The position numbers were made by a program, and so were the translations under genes. Of a DNA stretch of 13,817 nucleotides, positions 1-7,996 are shown one piece after another (within the stretch, counting starts at the first letter, position 1; every line of letters begins with the position of its first letter). The notes under the pieces were generated by a model that ran no database searches, had not been told where the DNA came from, and was given only the letters and a program-made list of their open reading frames with translations. This stretch comes from a bacterium (lineage in GTDB: Bacteria; RBG-13-61-14; DATKZS01): the NCBI GenBank assembly GCA_046484135.1, contig JAWOBU010000046.1:1-13817 (forward strand), given 5' to 3'.

Positions 1-1
1 G

Positions 2-309
2 GACATCCGGGTTTTAGGCTACGACAGCATCCGGACCTTGCCATGCTGGTGTTCGCCTGTGTTTATTTTGCCGCGGTGTGGCTGGAGAGGAAAGCCAAAC
101 TGAAGATACTTGCCACTCACGTTTTCAAAGCCGCCAAACGCCTGTTCGGCATCCCTGCTTGCGCGCAGCGCGCAGGCAAGCCCGACTTCCACTGTTACAC
201 GGTCTCCGACGGTATCAAGTCCATCCTCCAATGCGCCGGCCAAGGCCCGATTCATCCCCGAGGCCTTGATCCTCCCCCTCATCCTCAACTGAAGCTGTTC
301 GATACCTGA
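2..309 (+). pseudogene. C-terminal part of a DDE (IS4-like) transposase, frameshifted, truncated by the window edge
   Basis: Frame 2 reads DIRVLGYDSIR (2-34). The product continues in frame 1 as LAMLVFACVYFAAVWL...KAAKRLFGIP[ACAQRAGKP]DFHCYTVSDGIKSIL...QLKLFDT*. From memory this matches the EDIRVL.Y..LRN...LV....YF...KRIFGIPDF.YYA.ADGI tail of IS4-like transposases. Adding one A at ~35 (cgg aac ctt gcc atg) restores a single frame. Confidence 0.7.
154..180. repeat. 27-bp palindromic element apparently inserted in frame in the transposase
   Basis: CCTGCTTGCGCG-CAG-CGCGCAGGCAAG: 12-position stem (10 Watson-Crick pairs, 1 G:T, 1 mismatch) with a 3-nt loop. It adds PACAQRAGK between GI and PDF. 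Confidence 0.65.
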
Positions 310-311
310 AA

Positions 312-329
312 AAAATGGGGGAACTTCAC
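312..329 (+). mobile_element. Putative right end (terminal inverted repeat) of the IS
   Basis: AAAATGGGGGAACTTCAC lies directly after the transposase stop, the usual position of an IS right end. The partner left end is outside the window, so this cannot be verified. Confidence 0.3.
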
Positions 330-340
330 CTTGGGAGCCC

Positions 341-372
341 TTGACAAAGTCTCAAGCGGATTGTGCTAAACT
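341..372 (+). promoter_or_regulatory. Possible sigma70 promoter (extended -10) pointing into the 381-490 inverted-repeat unit
   Basis: TTGACA at 341-346 and TG-c-TAAACT at 364-372. The -35/-10 spacing is 20 nt (non-optimal), so only the extended -10 is convincing. Confidence 0.35.
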
Positions 373-380
373 GGAACTTG

Positions 381-490
381 TGGGGAACAAAGAAAACGGG
401 ACTTGGCGCAAGCCGGACAAACCGGCCGGATGAACGGCGAAAACACCATGTTATCCCCAAATACCAAGAGCACATTTTCTTTGTTCCCCA
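381..490. repeat. 110-bp unit bounded by a perfect 16-bp inverted repeat (candidate sRNA or MITE)
   Basis: TGGGGAACAAAGAAAA (381-396) and TTTTCTTTGTTCCCCA (475-490) are exact reverse complements. CTTGG (402-406) / CCAAG (464-468) extend the stem. Confidence 0.8.
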
Positions 491-541
491 ATAAAACAAA
501 CTTCAAACTCCATGTTTAAGTACGCTTAATCCTGATGAACC

Positions 542-1528
542 TTATTCGGCTCTTTGCACCACGTACTCCGCGAGCTCGCCGAGCGCCTTCCGGGCGGGGT
601 TGTCCGGAAAGGTATCCAGCTCCTTTCTGGCTTTGCTGACGTAATCCCGGGCGCGGTCCATTGCCTTTTGAATGCCGTTTTGGGAGCTTATGATATGGAG
701 GAGTTCTTCAAACTCCTTGCGGTTCCTTTGTTTTTTTTCGAACAGCTCCTTGATTCTTTTTCTCTGAGCGGAGCTCGCGTTCTTGTAGGCCAGGATCACC
801 GGCAGGGTTGATTTTCCTTCCAGGAAGTCCTTGCCGAGCTGTTTGCCCCAGCTTTTTCCCGTTGCCGTGTAATCGAGCACGTCATCCACCACCTGGAAGG
901 CCATTCCCAGGTGATAGCCGAACCTTTTCAGGGAGTTTACCTTTTTGCGGGAGGCGCCGGCGGCAAGGGCCGGCACCTGGCAGGCGCCCTGGATCAAAAG
1001 CGCGGTCTTGCTCTTTATGATCCTTTCATAGTCCGGCTCGGAGAGGTCCACCCGCTGCTTCAAGGCAAGCTGGTAGGCCTCGCCTTCCGCCATCTCCACC
1101 GAGATGTCCGCCACCAGCTTGATAACCTCCATGTTGCCGCCCCGGATGACAAGGGAAAAGGATTTGAAAAGAACGTAATCGCCCACGATGATGGAAGCCG
1201 CGTTACCCCACTCGCGGTTCGCTGAGCGCCGGCCCCGCCGGACGTCCGCCTCGTCAATCACGTCGTCGTGCAAAAGGGTCGAGGTGTGGGCGAACTCCAT
1301 GGCCGCGGCGTAAGCGTAAAGCTCGTTCTTGCGCTTAAACCCCAGCATCCGGGCCGAGAGCAGGGTGAGCAAAGGCCGGAACCGCTTGCCCCCGCTGCCC
1401 AGAATGTGCCCGGCCACCCGGAGAACCACCCGGACGTCGGAGCGGGCCTCCGCCTGGAGAAGGTCCTCCACCTTGGCAAGCTCGTTCTCAACCAGCGACA
1501 TGCCGGGAATGGTTCGGCTTCTGGACAT
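542..1528 (-). CDS. ispB: Long-chain trans-polyprenyl diphosphate synthase (octaprenyl/heptaprenyl-PP synthase family)
   Basis: 328 aa with GGKRFRP, FARM HTSTLLHDDVID followed by RRG, GD, KTA, SARM FQVVDDVLD and GKDFLEGK. Small residues (S,T) at -5/-4 before the FARM indicate a long-chain product. Exact chain length is not determinable. Confidence 0.93.
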   Translation of the reverse strand: MSRSRTIPGMSLVENELAKVEDLLQAEARSDVRVVLRVAGHILGSGGKRFRPLLTLLSARMLGFKRKNELYAYAAAMEFAHTSTLLHDDVIDEADVRRGRRSANREWGNAASIIVGDYVLFKSFSLVIRGGNMEVIKLVADISVEMAEGEAYQLALKQRVDLSEPDYERIIKSKTALLIQGACQVPALAAGASRKKVNSLKRFGYHLGMAFQVVDDVLDYTATGKSWGKQLGKDFLEGKSTLPVILAYKNASSAQRKRIKELFEKKQRNRKEFEELLHIISSQNGIQKAMDRARDYVSKARKELDTFPDNPARKALGELAEYVVQRAE

Positions 1529-1583
1529 AAACTTATATACTCTTTCCCCTGTTTAAAAAGGATTCGCGGAAGATGTTCCTGGA

Positions 1584-1612
1584 ATTATAAAGGCTGGTGC
1601 TGTAGCTGTCAA
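1584..1612 (-). promoter_or_regulatory. Consensus sigma70 promoter for the polyprenyl synthase gene
   Basis: Minus strand TTGACA (1612-1607), 17-nt spacer, TATAAT (1589-1584), ~55 nt upstream of the ATG at 1528. Confidence 0.8.
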
Positions 1613-1671
1613 AGACGGGGCTTCAGGTCTTCAGGCTCCCGGAAGACCGTCAAACCGGCCGGCCCGATTTT

Positions 1672-4470
1672 TCATTTTGGCAACAGGCCGTCCAGGATGT
1701 CCTTGCCTTTTTCGCCCAGGGCGTCCTCCGCTTTCTTTTGGAGGTCCTTTTTGGCCTTGTCCGCTTCCTTTTGCCCCTTGGCCTTTTGCTCATCGGTCGC
1801 GACCTGGTCTATGATCTCCCGGGCGCTCCGGTTCTTCAGGTTCCGTTCCACCGAGGCCGAGTAGGCCCTGGAGTCGAACGCGAGCTTCGGCTTGGGAAAG
1901 ACCCCTCCCATGGAAAAGGGAAGCACCAGGCGGCCGTCCTCGAGAAGCACGTTTAGAATCCCGCTTTTTACCGAGCCCCCGCTCTGCTTTTCTATCCATT
2001 TGCCGGCTTCTTTCATGAGCTCGTCCGTGGTTGACTTATTGAGCTTGAGGGTCCCGTTCATGTCAATGGTCTTGTCCATGCCGACCGATCCCTGAAGAGA
2101 GGCCATTCCCTCGGACAGGTTGAGACTGCTTTTGTCCAGGTGAAACCTTCCCTTATTGATTTTGAGGGTGGTAACGAGGTCCTGGAAGGGGGTCTCCTCT
2201 CCTACCTCTTTTGAGATGGCCGGGTCCAGGGACCTTCGGACCACGTTTTTCACCGCCTTTGAGGACGCCCACTGGTTCAGGAGGCCGTCCACGAGGTCCA
2301 TCCCTTTCAGCACACCCTTTTGCAGTTTTATCCGGCCCGATCCGTTTGCCGTTTTGGTCAGCTTGACCGAGTCGGTCCCCTTGAAAGTGAGGTTCACTCC
2401 TCCGAACACGTCGCCGGTGAGCAGGGCGGGAAACTCGGTAAACTTTTTAATGACCCGTTCCAGGGGGATTCCTTCGGTCGAGATGTCGAGGTCTCCTGTT
2501 AAGTCCTTTCCGGTAAAGTCGAGCTTGACCGGTCCTTTCACGGGAGCGTCGAACACCAGGAGGGAAGTGTCGGGCACGGTCAGTATGTCCTTTTTGAGCG
2601 ACGGCGAGGCGTTTATGTTTTTAATTTCCATGTCCTTGTACACGACCCGGTCCGCCTTGACGGTTCCCGCGATCACGTAGTTGGAGCGGGCCGATTCCTT
2701 TCCCTCTTCTGCTTTTCCTTCCTCGGGCGCTTTCTCTCCTTTGGAGGCGGGGGACCCCATGACCTTGTCCAGGTTGAGGGAGCCGGCTTCCAGGTTAAAA
2801 GAGATATCCACGGGCGTGGTCATTTTTATGGAGCCGTTGGCGGAGAAGGTCGCCGAGTCGGAAGCCTGGTCGAGCCGGGAGAGTATGATCCGGAGGGTCT
2901 CCTTTTTGGACAGCCCGCCCTTTACGGCAAGTCCCAGGCTCATGTTTCCGCCCATCCTGTAGTTCGATAAGGAAGGGAACATGGCCAGGACCGCCTGGGT
3001 GTCCGACCTCCCCGATTCAAGGTTTATGTCAGTCGTCAACGTCTTGTCCCTCTGGATGCGGCCGGCCCCTTTGAAGTCGAGCGGTCCGAGAGAGAGCTTT
3101 ATGTCATGAAGCTTGACCTTCTCTTCCTCCAGCGTGGTCAGCAGGGACAGCTTACCCGGCTTTCCGGCGCCTTTTTCGAAAGTGCCCGGCAGCACCACGG
3201 ACGCCGGGCTCAGGTTGACCAGGACCGGCAGCACCGGCGCCTTGCCCGGCTTGTTTTTGAAATCAACCTTGAAGGACAAGGGGCCTTTCGATTCAAGGCC
3301 TGCCTCAGTAAGGGGCTGGGAGGCTACAGGAACAAGAGGAAGAAGTTTTTCTATAAGGACCGACTCAGAGGCCGCGCTCATCTCGATGTCCGGACCGCTC
3401 TCGTCCTTGCCTTTCTCATAGAACCCGGAAAAGTCAATCTCGCCGGCGGGAAGACCGATGGCCCCCGATTCGACCACGGCTTTCCCCTGGGCGCTGTCGA
3501 AGGACACAGCGCTTTTTACGGCCACGTCCGCGGGCTCGCTCTCGGGCCACTCGCCCGCCGTATCAGTATAGCTGAGTCCGGCCAGCAGCATATCGAGGTC
3601 AATGTGAAACGGTTTGCCGGAGTTGCCCTGCGCCCGTATCTTTCCGTTCATGGCCCCGGCCTTTATGTCAACCGGGACTGAGCCGGGAGGGGCGAAGTTG
3701 ATAAGACGCCGAATGTCCATGTCCTTGAACTCGGCTTCCAGGTCCGCCGCCATATTTTTGACTGCGTCTTTGCCGAGCAGGGGGCCGGCCTCCCCTGAGA
3801 GCGAAACCTTGCCCGGCCGGTCCGCGAAAGAAGCGGCCACCTTTATGGAGGATGCTTTGTCTTCCCTTATGTCCTCGACCTCGAGGCTCCCCAGTCTGAC
3901 CTTTATCGGTTCCCGGCCCGCGGTGGTCTCGTCCAGCACCTCCACGTACCCGTCGCTTACGATCACACTATCTATATGGAAGCCCCGGAGCCCGCCTTTG
4001 GATTCCTCGGTATCATCGCCGGCTCCGGCGGTGGAAGGGGCCGCGGTGTCTCCCTCCGCCGGAGAAGTGAGGTCAGAGATATTCCACTCTTTCTCTCCGG
4101 TCCGCACGAGACGCATGGAGGGCGAGTTCATTTCTATGGCGGTCACTTCCAGGCGGCGATCGAGCAACGGGAAAAGGGCGACCCTGAAAACAAGGCCGTC
4201 GGCTCTCGCCAGCAGGGGCGCGTCCGGTCCCCGCTCTTTCACTTCAAGGCCATCAACCGCAAGACCGATCCCGGGCCAGAGATCGAGCGACATGGGACCG
4301 AGAGAGACCTCGCGGCCGTTCAGGCCCGCTTCTGCCTTTTCTTTTATCGTGCCCCGGAACGTCTCCGGATTGACAAGCACGAAAAGTAAAGTCACCGCCG
4401 CCACAAACAGGAGCAGGGCGGCTCCGGCCACGATAATGAAAAACTTTTTCTTGTTCATGTCTGTCCTCAT
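1672..4470 (-). CDS. AsmA-family envelope protein (N-terminal membrane anchor, AsmA N- and C-terminal regions)
   Basis: 932 aa. Basic-then-hydrophobic N-terminus (KKKFFIIVAGAALLLFVAAVTLLFVLV), then the AsmA-like pattern NPETFRGTI...GREVSLG.MSLDLWPGIGLAVDGLEV...RVALFPLLDRRLEV...WNISDL. The C-terminus has ANGSG...GVLKGMDL...TPFQDL...GSVGMD...LPFSMGG.FPKPK. The start may be the ATG at 4458. Confidence 0.85.
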   Translation of the reverse strand: MRTDMNKKKFFIIVAGAALLLFVAAVTLLFVLVNPETFRGTIKEKAEAGLNGREVSLGPMSLDLWPGIGLAVDGLEVKERGPDAPLLARADGLVFRVALFPLLDRRLEVTAIEMNSPSMRLVRTGEKEWNISDLTSPAEGDTAAPSTAGAGDDTEESKGGLRGFHIDSVIVSDGYVEVLDETTAGREPIKVRLGSLEVEDIREDKASSIKVAASFADRPGKVSLSGEAGPLLGKDAVKNMAADLEAEFKDMDIRRLINFAPPGSVPVDIKAGAMNGKIRAQGNSGKPFHIDLDMLLAGLSYTDTAGEWPESEPADVAVKSAVSFDSAQGKAVVESGAIGLPAGEIDFSGFYEKGKDESGPDIEMSAASESVLIEKLLPLVPVASQPLTEAGLESKGPLSFKVDFKNKPGKAPVLPVLVNLSPASVVLPGTFEKGAGKPGKLSLLTTLEEEKVKLHDIKLSLGPLDFKGAGRIQRDKTLTTDINLESGRSDTQAVLAMFPSLSNYRMGGNMSLGLAVKGGLSKKETLRIILSRLDQASDSATFSANGSIKMTTPVDISFNLEAGSLNLDKVMGSPASKGEKAPEEGKAEEGKESARSNYVIAGTVKADRVVYKDMEIKNINASPSLKKDILTVPDTSLLVFDAPVKGPVKLDFTGKDLTGDLDISTEGIPLERVIKKFTEFPALLTGDVFGGVNLTFKGTDSVKLTKTANGSGRIKLQKGVLKGMDLVDGLLNQWASSKAVKNVVRRSLDPAISKEVGEETPFQDLVTTLKINKGRFHLDKSSLNLSEGMASLQGSVGMDKTIDMNGTLKLNKSTTDELMKEAGKWIEKQSGGSVKSGILNVLLEDGRLVLPFSMGGVFPKPKLAFDSRAYSASVERNLKNRSAREIIDQVATDEQKAKGQKEADKAKKDLQKKAEDALGEKGKDILDGLLPK

Positions 4471-4789
4471 TTCGGTCCGTTCCGCGGACTTGCCGGGGCT
4501 CGTTTAGACCTCCCGGATAATAAAGCTGCCATCCGGATCGTTGCCGCCTGCAAAAATATATTGACCTTCATTGCCGTCCGGTTAACTTTTCCAAAAGCGC
4601 GGAAACCCTCTGCAATATATAGACAGTTCCGATCTTATAAACTTCGGGCTTTACATTTTCATCAAACTCGCTCGTCCGGATTACCGGGACTTACGATTTT
4701 CTATCATGTACTGTACCATATTTTTAACCGGACATCAGGCACTAAATAACTCCGGATTTGCTGCGTAATAGATATAAAGGAGGAAATTG

Positions 4790-5272
4790 ATGTCGGAGAA
4801 GTTCGAGATAGGTTCGATCGGGATTATTCACACGCCTTTTGCGAGCGCTTCGGAAGCTCCCATCCAGGGCCCGCATCAACCTGCGAGCGAGGGCAGGATC
4901 GAGGTGTTTGCAGAGTTCGCCGATGGTCTGGACGACCTTGACGGGTTCGACTGCGCTTGGGTGGTGTGGTACTGCCACCGGGCGGGCAGGCCTTCCATGA
5001 AGGTGGTCCCTTACATGGACACCGAGGAGCGGGGACTGTTTGCCACCCGGGCGCCTGCGCGTCCCAACCCCATCGCGCTTTCGGTGGTGGGGATCGTGCG
5101 TCGGGAAGAGAACGTGCTGGTGGTCTCGGGCGTGGACATGCTGGACGGCACTCCTCTCCTGGACCTGAAGCCTTACATTCCGGGTGTGGATTCGAGGCCC
5201 TCCTGCCAAAAAGACGGCTGGATCCGCGGCAGAGAGATGGGGCGGAAAGGCGATGACAGGTTCGGCGCCTGA
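4790..5272 (+). CDS. tsaA: TrmO/TsaA (YaeB/AF0241-like) SAM-binding tRNA t6A37 N6-methyltransferase family protein, short single-domain form
   Basis: IG.IHTPF...APIQ, GLDDLDGF, RGLFATRAPARPNPIALSVV, GVDMLDGTPLLDLKPYIP and GW motifs. Strong RBS AAGGAGG just before the ATG at 4790. Confidence 0.92.
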   Translation: MSEKFEIGSIGIIHTPFASASEAPIQGPHQPASEGRIEVFAEFADGLDDLDGFDCAWVVWYCHRAGRPSMKVVPYMDTEERGLFATRAPARPNPIALSVVGIVRREENVLVVSGVDMLDGTPLLDLKPYIPGVDSRPSCQKDGWIRGREMGRKGDDRFGA

Positions 5273-5327
5273 GCTTGTTGTAAAAGAGTTTTGCAGGAGT
5301 CGTTTTAAAATCGTTTGGGAGTAAAAG

Positions 5328-5639
5328 ATGAAAAAGATATGGATAAACTTCTGGGTGGAAGCGGCCATGTTCGTGTCCATGCTGGCGCTCGGCGTTACCG
5401 GTCTCATAATGAAGTATGCCCTTCCTCCCTTGCGCGGTCAGAGACAAGGCACCGGCCTGGGCCCGGAGACGCTTTTCGGCTGGGACCGGCACGATTGGGG
5501 GGATTTTCATTTCTGGCTGGCGGTGATCCTGGTCGCTCTGCTGGTGGTTCACCTGATTCTGCACTGGCGCTGGATCGTGTGCCGGCTCCGGGAGTTCAAG
5601 TCGAACGGTAAAGCTTCCCCCAAATGCGACACAGAGTGA
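5328..5639 (+). CDS. DUF4405-like small membrane protein (His-rich, cytochrome b-like hairpin)
   Basis: 103 aa with two hydrophobic helices and the pattern TGLIMKYALPP...FGWDRHDWGDFHFWLAV...VHLILHWRWI. GGGAG RBS upstream. Confidence 0.8.
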   Translation: MKKIWINFWVEAAMFVSMLALGVTGLIMKYALPPLRGQRQGTGLGPETLFGWDRHDWGDFHFWLAVILVALLVVHLILHWRWIVCRLREFKSNGKASPKCDTE

Positions 5640-5733
5640 GCCTCTTTACTCATTCCTGTCTCTTCTCCGGCTTTTCGTAAAGGTTGGGCCGCTTTCTTAA
5701 GAATGGTATTATCTTTCGGTAACGGGAGGAGGG

Positions 5734-7983
5734 ATGAGCGTATCCCGGCTTCGGTCGGACTATGCCGGTTTCATGGTGGGCTTCTCCGCCTTGTGGGTCC
5801 AGGTGGTCCTGATCCGGCGGCTTATAGCGGCTTTTTCCGGCAACGAGCTCACTATCGGCGTGGTGCTTGCCGCGTGGATGATCTGGTCCGGGCTGGGCGC
5901 TTTCGGCCCGGGCCGGTACGTTGACCGGTTAAGGCATTCGGGCAACTGGCTTTCGTTTGTTTTCATCCTGGTTTCCCTGGTCCTGGTCCCGGTCATGCTT
6001 TTCTCCGCGCGGGTGCGGCCTTTTCTGGGGGCCTCTCCGGGCGAAGTGTCTGATCTTTTGCGGCTCTTGATTGCCTGCTTTATGCTTTCTTTTCCCCTTT
6101 CCGCTGTCCTTGGTTTCGCCTTCAACCTTGCCGCCCGGATGCAGGAGGACTTCCAGCAGGCCGCGGGCCGGACCTACCGCTTCGAGGCCCTGGGAGCGTT
6201 CCTTGCAGGCGGCGTCCTGGCGATCTGGTTCGGGGGCGCGAGCAGTCCCATGTTGCCGGCGCTGGTCATGACCGCGGTGCTTGCCGCTTCCGCCCTCTTG
6301 GTCTGTAACCTTGCAAGCAGGGGGGGCAGGATCGCCGCCTTTGTTGCCGGGTTGTTACTTACGGCGCTTTTAGCGGGCTCGCTGTTTTTCAGTCTTCCCT
6401 CCCGCATAAGCCGCGCTTACGAGGCCCTTTATTGGGGCGAGCAGGATGTGGGCCGGTCGTTCGACTCGCGGCACGGCTACCTTGCCGCGGTCCGGCGGGG
6501 CGGCCAGGTCACCTTTTACGAGGACGGCAGCCCGGCCGGCACCTTTCCGGACGCTCCTTCCACCGAGGTCCTCTCCCACGTTTCTCTTTCCATGTGCGGC
6601 TCTCCGGAGCGGGTGCTCCTGGTGGGCGGCGGTCTTTCCGGCATGGGCGGCGATATTCTCGAACACCCGGTCGAGCGGCTTGACTACCTTCAACTCGACC
6701 CCGGCTGGATCGAGCTCGAGCAAAGCTTCACCAGCGAGTTCGAAAGACTCTCCAGCGACCCGCGCGTCCGGGTCAGGGTGGATGACGCCCGTCACTGGCT
6801 ACGCGGCAAACAGGGCTTTTACGACGCGGTCATCATAAACCTGCCGGACCCGCTCACCGCGGAGCTGAACCGGTTTTATACCCGGGAGTTCTTCCAACAG
6901 GTAAAAAGGTCGCTTAGTCCCGGCGGAGTCATGGCCTTGACCGCAGGCTCCACTCCTCCGAACCTGAACCTTACCAGGGGAGAGCTCGGTCTGTTGGCGG
7001 GCGTGTCCGCCACGGTGGACGCTGTTTTCGACAAGCGGGTGATTTTACCGGTGGGAGACAACCTGGTAGTGGCGGGCGGGAGCAAAGCCCGGCTTTTTCG
7101 GAGCGCGGACGCGATCCACGAGGTCCTGGAGCGCCGCGGCATTGACAGCGAGTACGCCTCCCGCTACAAGCTGGGGGCGGAGCTTTCCCCTTATAACCTG
7201 GAACAGATCGAGGCCATGCTCGACGAGATCGAGGCCCGGCCGGACCGGGACCTTCATCCGGGCGGCTACCTCTACGGGATCATGCTGTGGGCGGAGCGCG
7301 CGACCCCGGAGCTGGCCCGGGCCTTGAGTTACATTACTTCGCTTCCGCCATGGTCTTTGCTTATTATTCCGGCCCTGGTGCTCTTTTCTGGTTTTCTTTG
7401 GTGTCTTTCCGGGGGCGGCCGGGCGGAAGCGGCGCTGGCTTCGGGAGTGTCGGGTTTTTGCGCTATCGTGATCGAGGTTTCGGTAATGATTTCCTTCCAG
7501 ATGTTGGTTGGCGCGGTTTACTTTGCGCTTTCGGTTCTTACCGCCGCTTTCATGATCGGGCTTTCGGGGGGCGCGTATTTGCAGGAGAAGCTCACGAGAC
7601 CGGCGGGATTGTTTTTCATGGAGTGGGTGCTGGTGCTCTGGTGCGCGCTGGTTACGGCGCTGGTATGGGGCATGACGAAGTTCTCGGGCGGCACGGGCGC
7701 TCTGGTTGTTTTTTCCTTTCTTCTTTTTGTGCAGGGTGTTGTTGCGGGCGCACTTTTTTACAGCGCGTCGCGGGCGGTGATCCTGAGCCGGGAGGAGGTC
7801 GGCAGGGGCGTTGGTCTGGTTTACGGTCTCGAGCTTTTCGGGAGCGCGTTGGGGGGGCTTATAAGCGGCGTTTTACTGGTCCCGGTGTTCGGTCTCTCAG
7901 GGGCCATGTTTTGCGCGGTTCTTTGCGCGGTTTCGGTGCTTGTGGTGTCGGCGGGTAGATATCGCAGAAGAGCCGGAGGATGA
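5734..7983 (+). CDS. Fused MFS-like membrane / spermidine-synthase-like (class I SAM-binding fold) protein
   Basis: 749 aa: ~7 TM, a soluble domain (PERVLLVGGGLSG, LDYLQLDP, DDARHWL, YDAVIINLPDP, NRFYTREFF, L.PGGV), then ~7 TM. RBS GGGAGGAGGG before the ATG. A possible extended -10 TGGTATTAT lies at 5704-5712. Confidence 0.85.
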   Translation: MSVSRLRSDYAGFMVGFSALWVQVVLIRRLIAAFSGNELTIGVVLAAWMIWSGLGAFGPGRYVDRLRHSGNWLSFVFILVSLVLVPVMLFSARVRPFLGASPGEVSDLLRLLIACFMLSFPLSAVLGFAFNLAARMQEDFQQAAGRTYRFEALGAFLAGGVLAIWFGGASSPMLPALVMTAVLAASALLVCNLASRGGRIAAFVAGLLLTALLAGSLFFSLPSRISRAYEALYWGEQDVGRSFDSRHGYLAAVRRGGQVTFYEDGSPAGTFPDAPSTEVLSHVSLSMCGSPERVLLVGGGLSGMGGDILEHPVERLDYLQLDPGWIELEQSFTSEFERLSSDPRVRVRVDDARHWLRGKQGFYDAVIINLPDPLTAELNRFYTREFFQQVKRSLSPGGVMALTAGSTPPNLNLTRGELGLLAGVSATVDAVFDKRVILPVGDNLVVAGGSKARLFRSADAIHEVLERRGIDSEYASRYKLGAELSPYNLEQIEAMLDEIEARPDRDLHPGGYLYGIMLWAERATPELARALSYITSLPPWSLLIIPALVLFSGFLWCLSGGGRAEAALASGVSGFCAIVIEVSVMISFQMLVGAVYFALSVLTAAFMIGLSGGAYLQEKLTRPAGLFFMEWVLVLWCALVTALVWGMTKFSGGTGALVVFSFLLFVQGVVAGALFYSASRAVILSREEVGRGVGLVYGLELFGSALGGLISGVLLVPVFGLSGAMFCAVLCAVSVLVVSAGRYRRRAGG

Positions 7984-7996
7984 AAGAGCGTCGAGA

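Noticed and set aside
381..490. Retron msr-msd (a1/a2 inverted repeats)
   Set aside because: No reverse transcriptase gene downstream, and no long msd hairpin inside the unit.
516..529. TTAAG-TACG-CTTAA hairpin as ispB terminator
   Set aside because: Only a 5-bp AT-rich stem with no adjacent U-tract; too weak to call.
3614..4507. 297-aa + strand Ser-rich ORF and other + ORFs in 1268-4389
   Set aside because: Antisense shadows of the asmA-family and ispB genes.
4471..4789. SAM or other riboswitch in the divergent asmA/tsaA intergenic region
   Set aside because: No SAM-I/II, cobalamin or other core motifs recognised. Only a weak TTACGA-17-TACCAT promoter candidate (4691-4719). An Rfam scan would settle it.
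4742..5564. 221- and 246-aa minus-strand ORFs
   Set aside because: They overlap tsaA/DUF4405, which have clear motifs and RBSs.
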